The notes under the pieces were generated by a model that was not told the DNA's origin, ran no database searches, and worked only from the letters and a program-made list of their open reading frames with translations. 64,000 bases of DNA. It comes from Candidatus Nitrospinota bacterium M3_3B_026 (lineage in GTDB: Bacteria > Nitrospinota_A > UBA7883 > JBPRGF01). The stretch lies in contig JBPRGF010000033.1 in the NCBI GenBank assembly GCA_051418015.1, positions 192,001-256,000 on the forward strand. The letters are read 5' to 3'. Shown here in pieces: positions 40,576 through 50,714 of the stretch (positions are counted from its first letter, which is position 1; the number at the start of each line of letters is the position of its first letter). The position numbers were made by a program, and so were the translations under genes.

Positions 40576-41331
40576 TCAGCCGCCCACCTTTTCCATGACC
40601 TGGTCGGGGATATCGAAGTTCGCGTAGACCTTCTGGACGTCGTCGAGGTCCTCAAGGGCGTTCATCATCTTCAGCAGCTTCGCCGCCTCGCCCTCCGACG
40701 AGACGGCCACGGTGACGCTGGGGATCATGGTGACCTCAGCGGCGGCCAGCGAAACGCCTTTCGCCTCCAGCGCGGAGCGGGTGTCCTCGAAAGCCTCGGG
40801 GGACGTGATGATCTCGTAGGAGTCGTCCGAAGCCATGAAATCCTCCGCCCCCGCCTCCAGGGCCGCCTCCATCAGCTCGTCTTCGACGACGGCGCTCTTT
40901 GGCGCCACGACGATAAAACCCTTTTTCTGGAACATCCAGGCCACGCAGCCGTTTTCTCCCAGCTGGCCGCCGGCCTTGGTGAAGACGGAGCGGATCTCGG
41001 CCACCGTGCGGTTCTTGTTGTCCGTGAGAACCTCCATCATCACCGCCACGCCGCCGGGGCCGTAGCCTTCGTAGACGACCGCCTCGTAGGACTCACCCGG
41101 AAGGTCGCCGGTCCCTTTCTTAATGGCGCGGTCAATGTTCTCGTTCGGCATGTTCGCCGCCTTGGCGTTGGCTACGGCCGTCCGAAGGCGAGGGTTGGCC
41201 TCCGGATCGCCCCCGCCCATCCTCGCGGCGACGGTTATTTCCCGTATCAGCTTGGTGAAAACCTTGCCGCGCTTGGCGTCCACGGCGGCTTTTTTGTGCT
41301 TTATGCCGGCCCACTTGGAATGACCAGCCAT
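40576..41331 (-). CDS. yebC: YebC/PmpR family protein
   Basis: [39 protein letters not shown] 41331. Confidence 0.97.
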   Translation of the reverse strand: MAGHSKWAGIKHKKAAVDAKRGKVFTKLIREITVAARMGGGDPEANPRLRTAVANAKAANMPNENIDRAIKKGTGDLPGESYEAVVYEGYGPGGVAVMMEVLTDNKNRTVAEIRSVFTKAGGQLGENGCVAWMFQKKGFIVVAPKSAVVEDELMEAALEAGAEDFMASDDSYEIITSPEAFEDTRSALEAKGVSLAAAEVTMIPSVTVAVSSEGEAAKLLKMMNALEDLDDVQKVYANFDIPDQVMEKVGG

Positions 41332-41520
41332 CCTCGAATCTCCTCCCTTCCAGCAGGTTGAAAAACTTTCTTCTGAAAAATCCTTCCGTATCTTAACATT
41401 AAACGCGGCCCGGCTCGCCCGGCCGTTCTCAACCGGGCGCGTCATCCCCGATGATGTCTCTTAGGCGGCTCTTTCGCCGCAAAGGTTTCTTCACGAATGG
41501 AAAAGAGGGCGAAAGGCCTG

Positions 41521-42363
41521 TCAGCCCGCCGTCTTCTCCCCTCCGCTCGGCGGGGTTCTCCTGGGTGAAGGTGTATACTCCACCGCCTGCTGGCGCCGGA
41601 TCGGCTGGGGATAAAGCGCCATCATTTTCAGCACATCCTCGGGCATGTCATCGCTGACGTTGAACCCGAGTTTTTTCGCTTCCTCGAAGGTTATGGGGTA
41701 GTCATGGGTCCACCTGCCCTCGGTCAGTGTCCGGGCGAGGTTTTCGGCCTCCTCCGGCGCCATCTTGTCCGCCAGAAGCTCTTTCAGGGCCTGTTGCAGT
41801 TGCTCGATAGCCTTCTCCGCCTGGTCGGCGAGGATCAGGGTGGTGTCGTCCACCTCGTCGATCGACTTTCTCTTGACCACCTTCAGCAGCGACGCGGCGG
41901 GGAAATTGCCCACCTGCGGGTCCACCGGCCCCAGGAGCGCGTAGGGGCACATCACGATCTCGTCGGCGGCCAGGCCGATGAGCGTCCCGCCCGACATGGC
42001 GTAGAAAGGGACAAAGACCGTCACCTTCCCCTTGTGCCGGTGTATCGCCTTGGCGATCTGCACCGATGCGAGGACAACCCCTCCCGGCGTGTGCATGATG
42101 AGGTCCACGGGCATATCGGGGCCGGTCATGTGGATCGCCCGCATGATCTCCTCGGAGTCGTTGATGTTGATGTACCTTACCAGCGGGAAGCCGAGGAAGC
42201 TCATCGTCTCCTGCCTGTGGACGAGGACGATGACGCGGGATCCGCGATTTTTCTCGATCTGGGCGATAAGCCTCTGGCGCGCCGCCTCCAGCAGCCGCTG
42301 CTTCAGCGCGGGCTGCAACATGCTGATGAGAATAACTATCCACAGAACGTCTATCATGCTCAT
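41521..42363 (-). CDS. SDH family Clp-fold serine proteinase
   Basis: HRQETMSFLG, HTPGG, AMSGGTLI, LGPVDPQ, WTHDYPI. ATG 42363 overlaps the rhomboid stop. Confidence 0.9.
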   Translation of the reverse strand: MSMIDVLWIVILISMLQPALKQRLLEAARQRLIAQIEKNRGSRVIVLVHRQETMSFLGFPLVRYININDSEEIMRAIHMTGPDMPVDLIMHTPGGVVLASVQIAKAIHRHKGKVTVFVPFYAMSGGTLIGLAADEIVMCPYALLGPVDPQVGNFPAASLLKVVKRKSIDEVDDTTLILADQAEKAIEQLQQALKELLADKMAPEEAENLARTLTEGRWTHDYPITFEEAKKLGFNVSDDMPEDVLKMMALYPQPIRRQQAVEYTPSPRRTPPSGGEKTAG

Positions 42364-43109
42364 CGTTTTCCCCTCCGAGGTTTTCCCGCGCCGCAGAGGG
42401 CGCAGCCGATATCCAGCTCGTCGTCCATAAGGTCTCTTCGAGTCTTTTTCGGGAGCAAAAAGAAGCGGAACAGGAGAAGCCCCGCCGCGAAGCCCCCCAC
42501 GTGCGCCCACCAGGCCACGCCGCCCGCCTCCGCCGGGGAGCCGAGGGCGAGTATCCCGCTGAACACCTGGCTCATGCTCCAGAGCGCGATGTAGAACACC
42601 GCCGGGACCTGGACGAAAAGCGGCAGGAAAAGAACAGGGACCAGCAGGATGATCCTCGAACTCGGGAAGAGGAGGAGATAGGCCCCCATCACCCCCGCCA
42701 CCGCGCCAGAAGCGCCGACGGCGGGGACGGTGGACGATGGGTTGGCGACGGCGTGGGCCGCGCTCGCCGCGACGCCGCACAGGATGTAAAAGGCGGTGAA
42801 CCGCGCCGGGCCCATCCTGTCCTCCACGTTGTCTCCGAAAATCCACAATGTCCACATGTTGGCGAAGATGTGCGCCCAGCCTGCGTGCAGGAACATGTTC
42901 GTGAAAAAAGGCCAGGGGCGGTGAAACCAAGAGGCCGAAAGGTCGCCGCCGTAGACGGCCGGGATCAGGCCGAAGGCGTGGAAGAATGCCTTGCGGACAT
43001 CCGGCGGCAGCGACACTTCCAGCATGAACACGAAAACGTTGACGGCTATGACAAGCCACAGCGCCACCGACGGTCCGCGGCTTGGTATCGAGTCCCCTAC
43101 GGGTATCAT
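42360..43109 (-). CDS. Rhomboid family intramembrane serine protease
   Basis: MFLHAGWAHIFANM, FGDNVED, GASGAVAG, AWWAHVGGF. Confidence 0.93.
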   Translation of the reverse strand: MIPVGDSIPSRGPSVALWLVIAVNVFVFMLEVSLPPDVRKAFFHAFGLIPAVYGGDLSASWFHRPWPFFTNMFLHAGWAHIFANMWTLWIFGDNVEDRMGPARFTAFYILCGVAASAAHAVANPSSTVPAVGASGAVAGVMGAYLLLFPSSRIILLVPVLFLPLFVQVPAVFYIALWSMSQVFSGILALGSPAEAGGVAWWAHVGGFAAGLLLFRFFLLPKKTRRDLMDDELDIGCALCGAGKPRRGKR

Positions 43110-43291
43110 TTTCCTGCGTCTTTCTCGCTGTCCGTTGCCCTTGCGAGAGGATAGTTTACCATCCTCGCCAAAGGCCGGGACGCGGGGAGCGCTCCTCCCC
43201 TTGCCCGGCATGACGCGGCGCTCTTCGTGGGGCGCAAAGGCGTTTTGCATTATAATTAAAATTTACGTTTTGGAATGGAGCTTTCCGCCAG

Positions 43292-44638
43292 GTGGAGATT
43301 CCCGAATACATAGGCCGTTACAGGATAGGCGAGATGATCGCCAAGGGCGGCATGGCGAAGATATATCACGCCACCGACGACCTCATCGGCCGCGACGTGG
43401 CCGTGAAGGTGACCGATACGTCCGACGCCTCCTGGGGGAAGATGGACAGCGACACGGTGATGCGCCAGTTCAACATGGAGGTGAGGATATCGGGCCAGCT
43501 TTCGCACCACAACTTCGTCACCGTCTACGACGCGGGCCAGACGGGCCCGCTTTGCTACCTGGTGATGGAGCTGATGGACGGCGCGCCCCTGGACAGGATC
43601 ATCAAGGGGCAGGAGCCGAAGATGGAGATGAGGCAGAAGCTCGACGTCCTGATCCAGGTTGCCCGGGCGTTGCATCACGCCCACCAGAGGGGTATCACCC
43701 ACCGCGACATAAAACCCTCGAACATCATGGTCCTGAAGAACGGCCAGGCCAAGCTGATGGATTTCGGCGTCGCCCACGTCTCGGAAGGGTCGGCCATAAA
43801 AGTCCCGGAAGAAAGCCGCCCCGCGGCGGCGGGCGGGACGCCTTATTACATGTCGCCGGAGCAGATAAACAAAAAACCGGTGGACGCGAAAAGCGACCTG
43901 TTCTCGCTGGCGGTCGTCGCCTACGAGCTTCTGACCGGCAAAAAACCTTTTACGGGCGACACCATGTTCGCGCTGTACGAGAGGATACTGCGCTCGGCGC
44001 CTGCGCCCATGCAGGAGATCAATCCCGTCGTTCCGGACAAGGTTGAAGCCCTCGTCACGCTGTGCCTGAACAAGGACCCGGAGCTTCGCCCGGCGTCTCT
44101 CAAGTCGTTCGCCGACCAGCTCGACGAGATACTGAACGAAAGCTTTTTCGCCGCCGGCGGCGAGACGATAACCAGGGAAACGCTGGACATCCTCCGCAGG
44201 TACCGCGAAAGCTTCACCTTCTTTTTCGACCTGGACAACTCCCAGATATACCAGCTGCTGCAGGTGTGCAAGGTCAGAAGATACAAAAAGGGCGAGATGA
44301 TATTCGACGAGGGGGAGGTGGCGCGGGAGATGTACCTGATAATGTCCGGCCAGGTGAGAATCATGAAGGGCAAGGCCGGGGCGGACTCAATCGTGATCCT
44401 GATCCTCAAGCGCGGGGATATCCTCGGGGAGATGGGGATAATCGACGGCGGCCCCCGCTCGGCCTCGGCGACGGCGGAGACGGACTGCCAGCTGCTTGTG
44501 CTGCACCAGGTTTCCCTGCTGCGCTGCGACGACAACACCGCCGGGAAGATATACAGAAACCTCGCCAGCATATTGTCGTCCAAGCTGCGGATGACATCTT
44601 CCAAGCTCGACCAGTTCTACCGCCAGGCGGATCTTTAA
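43292..44638 (+). CDS. Hanks-type Ser/Thr kinase with C-terminal cNMP-binding domain
   Basis: KGGMA, VAVK, HRDIKPSN, DFG, GTPYYMSPEQ, then GEMGIIDGGPRSASA. No TM segment. Confidence 0.93.
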   Translation: MEIPEYIGRYRIGEMIAKGGMAKIYHATDDLIGRDVAVKVTDTSDASWGKMDSDTVMRQFNMEVRISGQLSHHNFVTVYDAGQTGPLCYLVMELMDGAPLDRIIKGQEPKMEMRQKLDVLIQVARALHHAHQRGITHRDIKPSNIMVLKNGQAKLMDFGVAHVSEGSAIKVPEESRPAAAGGTPYYMSPEQINKKPVDAKSDLFSLAVVAYELLTGKKPFTGDTMFALYERILRSAPAPMQEINPVVPDKVEALVTLCLNKDPELRPASLKSFADQLDEILNESFFAAGGETITRETLDILRRYRESFTFFFDLDNSQIYQLLQVCKVRRYKKGEMIFDEGEVAREMYLIMSGQVRIMKGKAGADSIVILILKRGDILGEMGIIDGGPRSASATAETDCQLLVLHQVSLLRCDDNTAGKIYRNLASILSSKLRMTSSKLDQFYRQADL

Positions 44639-44658
44639 GAAGGCCGCCCCGGCGTCTT

Positions 44659-45873
44659 TCAGGCGAGCCTTGCGAACCGGCGTTTGCCGACCTTGACTAG
44701 TCTTTCTCCGTTCTTTTTGAGCTTGTGGTCGGGGTCTGTCACCTTCTTCCCGTCTATGGACACGGCCCCCTGTTGTATGAGCCTGCGCCCCTCGGAGGCG
44801 CTTTTTACCAGCTCCGCCTCGCGCAACACACCGGGCAGCCACGCCTCGCCGGACTCGTCCCAGGCCACCTCGCGCAAAGGGACATCCTCCGGCGTCTGTT
44901 TGCGGCGAAAGACCAGCTCGAACTGGCTTGCGGCCTCCTCCGCCGCGTCTTTCCCGTGGTAGCGGGCGGCGATCTCTTTGCCCAGCCTCGCCTTGGCATC
45001 TCTCGGGTTCACGGCGCCGGACCCGATGTCCGCCTTCAGCCGCTCCAGCTCCTCGTTGGATATGTCCGACAGAAGCTCGTAGTAGCGGAGCATCAGCTCG
45101 TCGGATATCGACATGACTTTGCCGAAAATCTCCTTCGGCGGCTCGTCGATCCCTATGTAGTTGCCGTAGGACTTGCTCATCTTCCGGACGCCGCCGGTCC
45201 CCTCCAAAAGCGGCATGGTTATGCAGACCTGCGGCGGCTGACCGTAGTGGCGCTGAAGGTCGCGCCCCACGAGCAGGTTGAACTTCTGGTCGCCGCCGCC
45301 AAGCTCCACGTCCGCCCGGAGGGCGACGGAGTCATACCCCTGCAGGAGGGGGTAAAGGAACTCGTGGATGGATATGGAGCGCCCCTCGGCGTAGCGCTTC
45401 GAAAAATCGTCCCGCTCCAGCATCCGGGCCACCGTGTAGCTCGCCGATATTTTTATGATCTCCTTTGGCGTGAGGCCGTCGAGCCACTCGCTGTTGAAGA
45501 CGATTTCCGTCCGTTCGGGGTCGAGAATTTTAAATATCTGCTCCTTGTAAGTCTCCGCGTTGGCGGCCACATCCTCGGGGGTCAGCGCCGGGCGCGTCTC
45601 GGACCTGCCGGAGGGGTCGCCGATCATCCCGGTGAAGTCGCCTATCAGGAAAAGGACGTGGTGGCCAAGGTCCTGCATCTGCCGCATCTTCTGGATGAGC
45701 ACGGTGTGCCCGAGGTGCAGGTCAGGCGCCGTCGGATCAAACCCTGCCTTCACCCGCAGCGGTTTTTTTTCCTTTACGGAGCGGGCGAGCTTTTTCTCGA
45801 GCTCCTCTTCGCTGAGTATTTCCAGCGCGCCGCGGCGGATGACCGAAAGCTGTTCCTCGACCGGTTTTAACAT
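44659..45873 (-). CDS. tyrS: Tyrosine-tRNA ligase
   Basis: [28 protein letters not shown]-terminal S4 domain. Confidence 0.98.
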   Translation of the reverse strand: MLKPVEEQLSVIRRGALEILSEEELEKKLARSVKEKKPLRVKAGFDPTAPDLHLGHTVLIQKMRQMQDLGHHVLFLIGDFTGMIGDPSGRSETRPALTPEDVAANAETYKEQIFKILDPERTEIVFNSEWLDGLTPKEIIKISASYTVARMLERDDFSKRYAEGRSISIHEFLYPLLQGYDSVALRADVELGGGDQKFNLLVGRDLQRHYGQPPQVCITMPLLEGTGGVRKMSKSYGNYIGIDEPPKEIFGKVMSISDELMLRYYELLSDISNEELERLKADIGSGAVNPRDAKARLGKEIAARYHGKDAAEEAASQFELVFRRKQTPEDVPLREVAWDESGEAWLPGVLREAELVKSASEGRRLIQQGAVSIDGKKVTDPDHKLKKNGERLVKVGKRRFARLA

Positions 45874-45931
45874 CTGCGCCCTTCGATGATCTAAACTAGC
45901 AGGTAAACGCTAAAAAATAACACAACGGGCA

Positions 45932-47722
45932 ATGACGGTAAAGAAACAAGACCCGCGCGCGGCGGACGACCCAACCGCGGCGGCAAGGCGCAGGCTCGCG
46001 TTGGAGACGGGCTATGCCGTAAAAGACCCCGGCGGGAAAATATCCGTCGCGCTGGTCTACCCGAACGTCTACGAGATCGGGATGAGCAACCTGGGGTACC
46101 ACAAGATATACCACCTGCTCAACCGGCGCGACGGCGTGGTCTGCGAGCGGGCTTTTTTACCCTCTGAGGCCGGGATAGAATTTTTGAAGAAAAACAAAAA
46201 AACGCTCACCTCGATGGAAACCGGCCGGCCGATCAGGGATTTTGACATTATCGCCTTCTCCATAACCTTCGAGGCGGATTATCTGAACGTTTTGCGGGTT
46301 CTCGACCTTGCGGGCCTCCCCCTGCGTCGTGGGGACGGAGGCGGCGCTCCCCTGGTCATGGCGGGAGGAATCGCCGTGACCTTGAACCCGGAGCCGCTCG
46401 CGCCGTTTATCGATATCGCGGCGATAGGGGAGGGGGAGGGGATAATCGGCCCCCTGATGGACGCGGTGGAGGAGAAAGGATTTTCAGACCTTTCAGCCTT
46501 CGCCGCCCTCGACGGCGTATATGTCCCATCCGGCTACACGGCATCGTATGGCGCCGATGAACGGTTTGAAAAGCTGGAGCCTGCCGAAGGTTTTCCCGAG
46601 AAGACGCCAAGGGTGTGGGACAAGGGTTACGCCGCGTCGCCGAGCGCCACCGTCATCGACACGCCGGAGACCGTCTTCGGCGACATGGCGCTTGTCGAGA
46701 TAGGCAAAGGCTGCGGCAGGCATTGCCGCTTCTGCGCCGCGGGCTATATCTACAGGCCTACGCGCCACGCGGAAATGAGCCCCGTCCTCGCCGCCGTCGA
46801 CTCGGCCCTCGACCGGAGGGGCAAGGTGGGGCTTGTCTCGAGCGCCGTCTGCGACCACCCGGATATCGAAAGGATATTCGCCCGCATCGTGGAGAGGGGA
46901 GGGGATTTTTCGGTTTCCTCCCTGCGGCTAGACAGGCTGACGGACTCCATGCTGAAAAACCTCACCAGGGGAAAAGTCCACACCCTCACCCTCGCGCCCG
47001 AGGCCGGGACGGAGCGGCTGCGGAATATCATAAACAAGGATATCAGCGACGAGGTTATCCTGGACACGGCCCGGAGGATCGCCGTGGCGGGCGATTTCAG
47101 GCTGAAGCTCTATTTTCTCGTGGGCCTGCCGGGGGAGACGATGGAGGACGTGGACGGGATACAGGAGCTTGTCAGGAGAATGCATGGGGCCATGGACGTG
47201 GAGTGGAGAAGACGGGGAAGGACAAGCTCCATCACCGTCGGCGTCGACGGGTTCGTCCCCAAGGCGGGAACGCCTTTTCAGTGGGCCCCTTTCGGGGGGG
47301 TGAAAGAGGTGGGCGATAAGATAAACCGCGTGGCGCGCGAACTCAAAAAGATCCCGAACGTCTCCGTTCATTCTGGCTCCGCGCGGAAGGCGTATATCCA
47401 CGCCGTCCTGTCGATGGGGGACAGGCGGGCGGGGGATTTGCTCGAAAAAGCCTTCAGGCTGGGGGGAGACTGGCGCCGCGCTTTCGCCGAATGGGAGATG
47501 GACCCGGAGTTTTTCGCCGCCCGCCGCAAGGAGCCTGGCGAGCCGCTCCCCTGGGATTTTATCGATCATGGCCTGCGAGCGGGCTACCTGGAAAAAGAAT
47601 ACGAACGAAGCGGCAGGGGAAAGACAATCCCTCCATGTCCGCCGCCGGGCGAGGAGTGCTCCCGGTGCGGCGTCTTCGAGGGGGTCTGCTCCGGTTTCGG
47701 GGGTATGGAAAATGCCCGGTGA
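45932..47722 (+). CDS. Radical SAM protein (TIGR03960-like family)
   Basis: YPNVYEIGMSNLG, CERAF, GCGRHCRFC, APEAGTERLR, PLPWDFIDHG. Confidence 0.9.
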   Translation: MTVKKQDPRAADDPTAAARRRLALETGYAVKDPGGKISVALVYPNVYEIGMSNLGYHKIYHLLNRRDGVVCERAFLPSEAGIEFLKKNKKTLTSMETGRPIRDFDIIAFSITFEADYLNVLRVLDLAGLPLRRGDGGGAPLVMAGGIAVTLNPEPLAPFIDIAAIGEGEGIIGPLMDAVEEKGFSDLSAFAALDGVYVPSGYTASYGADERFEKLEPAEGFPEKTPRVWDKGYAASPSATVIDTPETVFGDMALVEIGKGCGRHCRFCAAGYIYRPTRHAEMSPVLAAVDSALDRRGKVGLVSSAVCDHPDIERIFARIVERGGDFSVSSLRLDRLTDSMLKNLTRGKVHTLTLAPEAGTERLRNIINKDISDEVILDTARRIAVAGDFRLKLYFLVGLPGETMEDVDGIQELVRRMHGAMDVEWRRRGRTSSITVGVDGFVPKAGTPFQWAPFGGVKEVGDKINRVARELKKIPNVSVHSGSARKAYIHAVLSMGDRRAGDLLEKAFRLGGDWRRAFAEWEMDPEFFAARRKEPGEPLPWDFIDHGLRAGYLEKEYERSGRGKTIPPCPPPGEECSRCGVFEGVCSGFGGMENAR

Positions 47723-48494
47723 GCAAAGCGGCGCCCTTGCTCTCGTGAGCCCTTCGGGGGCGGAGGTTTATCGTTTTCCGGCCCTGGAAAAGCTGGGTTT
47801 TCGGGCCTTCGTCAGCGGCAGGAGGGGAGGCGTCAGTCCCGCCCCTTTCGACTCGCTTAACACAGCCTCGTCCGGCGGCGACAGCGTGGAGAACGTCGAA
47901 GAGAACATCCGCAGGATCATGGAGGCGGTGGAGATGGAAACCCTTTGGACTCCGCGCCAGGTCCATGGCGACGGCGTGGCTGTCATAGACTCCGCCGCGG
48001 CGCTTCCTTCCGGCGACACGGAGGCCGACGCCGTGGTTGTGACCGTCCCCGGCGCCGCCGTGGGGGTAAAAACCGCCGACTGCCTGCCGGTCCTCTTCTC
48101 CGACAGGGCGGGTCGCGCCGCCGCGGCCATACACGCCGGGCGTCGAAGCGTCGAGGCCCATCTTCCGCGCAAGACGGCGCGGATGATGATCGAGCGCTTT
48201 TCGATCGGCCCGGAGGACATCATCGCCGCGTTGGGGCCGCGCATCGGCAAGTGTTGCTACGAGGTGGACGAAGAAACCGCGCGCAGGTTCCATGGCTGTT
48301 GTGGCGGATCGGGGGGCAGGAAGCTCGACCTGGCGGAGGCCGTTGTTCGCCAACTCGAACAGGCAGGCGTCCGCGGCGAAAATATCCTGGATTGCGGGAT
48401 ATGCGTATCCTGCGAAAATGAACGGTTTTTCTCATACCGCGGCGATGGGCTGGTCACCGGAAGGTTCATGACCGGTATAGAGCTTCCGGGATGA
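47712..48494 (+). CDS. pgeF: YfiH/PgeF family (laccase-domain) protein
   Basis: RRGGVS, QVHG, EADA, TADCLPV, HAG, FFSYR. ATG 47712. Confidence 0.9.
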   Translation: MPGEQSGALALVSPSGAEVYRFPALEKLGFRAFVSGRRGGVSPAPFDSLNTASSGGDSVENVEENIRRIMEAVEMETLWTPRQVHGDGVAVIDSAAALPSGDTEADAVVVTVPGAAVGVKTADCLPVLFSDRAGRAAAAIHAGRRSVEAHLPRKTARMMIERFSIGPEDIIAALGPRIGKCCYEVDEETARRFHGCCGGSGGRKLDLAEAVVRQLEQAGVRGENILDCGICVSCENERFFSYRGDGLVTGRFMTGIELPG

Positions 48495-48523
48495 CGGCCA
48501 ATCGCCAGTTGAAGAAAAAGCAA

Positions 48524-48678
48524 CCTCTGAAAAAGCTCTCTTTTCCCGTCATCTCAAGGAGCCGAAGGCGACGCGGCAATCTCAAGATACTGAAACATCG
48601 CGTCGTGAGATTGCTTCGCGGAGTTTATCCCGAGCTTTTCGAGGGACCTCAATGACAGGCCTGGGGCTTTTTCAGAGG
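48524..48678. mobile_element. MITE-like element with 13-bp terminal inverted repeats enclosing a family B-like palindrome
   Basis: CCTCTGAAAAAGC (48524-36) and GCTTTTTCAGAGG (48666-78); inner GTCAT/ATGAC and GCAATCTC/GAGATTGC. Confidence 0.65.
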
Positions 48679-48689
48679 CTAAAAAAAGT

Positions 48690-48718
48690 TTGACCAATGG
48701 CTGTTAATTGACTAAAAT
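48690..48718 (+). promoter_or_regulatory. Candidate sigma70 promoter for cpoB
   Basis: TTGACC-N17-TAAAAT. Confidence 0.55.
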
Positions 48719-48763
48719 TAATTGAAATTATACGTTAGTTTTATGAATTATAGCGCCGTATCC

Positions 48764-49543
48764 ATGAGGGAACTTGTGAAGGCGTTTGCGTCGGCGGCGC
48801 TTTTGGTGGTGGTGTTCACAACCCAAGGGTGCGCCTCGAGCGAGCCCAAGCTGGAGGACGACATGGCGGCTTTGAAGTCGCAGGTTTGGTCCTTGCAAAA
48901 ACAGACATCCGAGCTGGGGCTCAAAATATCCTACAACAGCGATGAGCTGGCATTGCTCTCGGAGAGGCTCGAGATGATCGAGAAGACGTTAAATTCCCTG
49001 AGCAAAAGCGGGGCCGCCTCCCCGGAGCCCGCGCAGCCGCCCGCCCCGGAGGGTGAGCCTGGCTCGCAAGAGCAGACGTCCGTCCCGGAGCCCGCGCCGT
49101 CGATGATGGCCGGGGAGGCCGCGGACGCCCTGGGGTCTGATTTCAAGGACCTGGACGCGGAGAACATGTATAAAAGGGCGATGGAGCGCTTCAACGAAGG
49201 AGACTACGACTCTGCCATATCCGGCTTCAACTACATGGTCCGGCGGTATCCCGGCTCCGGTCTGGCGTCCAGCGCCCAGTACTGGGTCGGGGAGTCTTTC
49301 TACAGCCTTAAGCGCTACGCGCGGGCGGTCGAGGAGTTCAGGATGATCCTGAGCCGTTATCCCCGGAGCCCGAAGACCCCCGACGCTCTTTTGAAGATAG
49401 GCCTGTGCAAGTTCGAGATCGGCAAGAGGGATGAAGGGGAAAAGTTTTTGAAAAGAGTCATCGAGGAGTATCCGAACAGCGCGGCGGCCTCCACGGCCGG
49501 AAAGCTCCTTTCGGAGGCGCCGGGCATCGTGGAACAACAATAG
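48764..49543 (+). CDS. cpoB: Tol-Pal associated protein CpoB/YbgF (lipoprotein, coiled coil, TPR)
   Basis: Lipobox TQGC, YP.S..A..AQYWVGE, KTPDALLKIG, YPNS.AA. Start 48743 or 48764. Confidence 0.88.
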   Translation: MRELVKAFASAALLVVVFTTQGCASSEPKLEDDMAALKSQVWSLQKQTSELGLKISYNSDELALLSERLEMIEKTLNSLSKSGAASPEPAQPPAPEGEPGSQEQTSVPEPAPSMMAGEAADALGSDFKDLDAENMYKRAMERFNEGDYDSAISGFNYMVRRYPGSGLASSAQYWVGESFYSLKRYARAVEEFRMILSRYPRSPKTPDALLKIGLCKFEIGKRDEGEKFLKRVIEEYPNSAAASTAGKLLSEAPGIVEQQ

Positions 49544-49571
49544 CGGGTTTGAATAAAGGGGTTTTTCGGCG

Positions 49572-50579
49572 ATGAGAAAACAAGCCTTGGTGTACGCGCT
49601 GAGCGCGCTGGCAGTCTTCTTTTCCGGCGCCGGTTCCGCGCCGGCTTTTGACGGAAAGGTGTTTGGGATCGTCGTGAGCGGCGGATACGCCGACGACCGC
49701 GCGCGTAAGGGCGAGAAGGAGACGACAACCGAGGAGGTTCAGAAGGACCTTGAAAAAGCTGCGCGGGAGCTTTTCGGAGCCCCGGCGGAAGAGCCGGAGG
49801 AAGCCGCCGCGCCCGAGCCTGCGGAAAAGACCATGGATATCTCGGCGGGAGAGGAGCTGACGGAGGATTTCTTCACGAAAACCGAGCCTGTGGCGCATCC
49901 GAAGCTTTACGAGACGGCGGGGTATATAGCCGATGAGTTCGACTATTACGGCGAGGTGATCGACGGCGGGGACAGCCAGAGGGTCTCCTTCAGCTATCCG
50001 GATGTCGTTTATATCGACAAGGGATCGGATCACGGGGTCCGCGAAGGCGACAGGTTTTTCGTCGGCCACGCCGAGAGCGAGGAGGTTGAACATCCCGTTA
50101 CGGGCGAGGTCATGGGGCGGAAGATCCTGATGGATGGCGTCATAAAAGTGGTGGAGACAACGCCGGACGTGTCGAAGGCCGTAATTACAAGCTCGTTCGA
50201 CGTCATTGAGCGCGGCGACAAGATACTGCCATACAGGGAGCCGCAGCCGCCCGCCGTGGACCCGGATAAGCCCGTCACCGATAAGGACATAGAAGGGTAC
50301 ATAGTTGAAAGCCGCCGCGAGAAAAGCCATTACGGCATGGGAGATATCGTCTACTTCGATGTCGGCGAGGAGTCCGGCGTGGCCCCGGGGGACGTTTTCG
50401 ACATCCTGGACACCTCTGAGGTGGTGCGCCGAGGCGGGGAAATCGTGAAGGGCCTGCCGAAGGTGATAGGACGGGCGAGGATATTGTCCGCCCGGAGCGG
50501 CGTCTCCACGGCCTACATATTCACCAGCGAAAACGTCATCGTCGCCGGTGACGTGGTGACCTTCACGCCCGTCAGGTAA
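49572..50579 (+). CDS. Exported hypothetical protein with two FlgT-C-like beta modules
   Basis: Signal peptide; repeated DVVYIDKG..GV..GD.F / DIVYFDVG..GV..GD.F; HPVTGE. Confidence 0.7.
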   Translation: MRKQALVYALSALAVFFSGAGSAPAFDGKVFGIVVSGGYADDRARKGEKETTTEEVQKDLEKAARELFGAPAEEPEEAAAPEPAEKTMDISAGEELTEDFFTKTEPVAHPKLYETAGYIADEFDYYGEVIDGGDSQRVSFSYPDVVYIDKGSDHGVREGDRFFVGHAESEEVEHPVTGEVMGRKILMDGVIKVVETTPDVSKAVITSSFDVIERGDKILPYREPQPPAVDPDKPVTDKDIEGYIVESRREKSHYGMGDIVYFDVGEESGVAPGDVFDILDTSEVVRRGGEIVKGLPKVIGRARILSARSGVSTAYIFTSENVIVAGDVVTFTPVR

Positions 50580-50666
50580 GGCCCGCAGGGACACGCCATA
50601 CGCCTCGTGGGTTGTTGCGCGGCGTTTCAGCCCCAGGCGTGGAAAGTGAAAATTTGGCGAAAAGCG

Positions 50667-50695
50667 TTGACTTTCGTTTTGTTTTCGCTTACTCT
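50667..50695 (+). promoter_or_regulatory. lexA promoter with overlapping candidate operator
   Basis: TTGACT-N17-TACTCT; the spacer carries TTCG-N7-TTCG (50673-50687). GGAGG RBS follows. Confidence 0.65.
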
Positions 50696-50714
50696 GCTTC
50701 TCGGAGGTAGATAA

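Noticed and set aside
45932..47722. Radical SAM gene as part of the hgc or lipid system
   Set aside because: Common family, coupled to pgeF and separated from both clusters by other genes and promoters.
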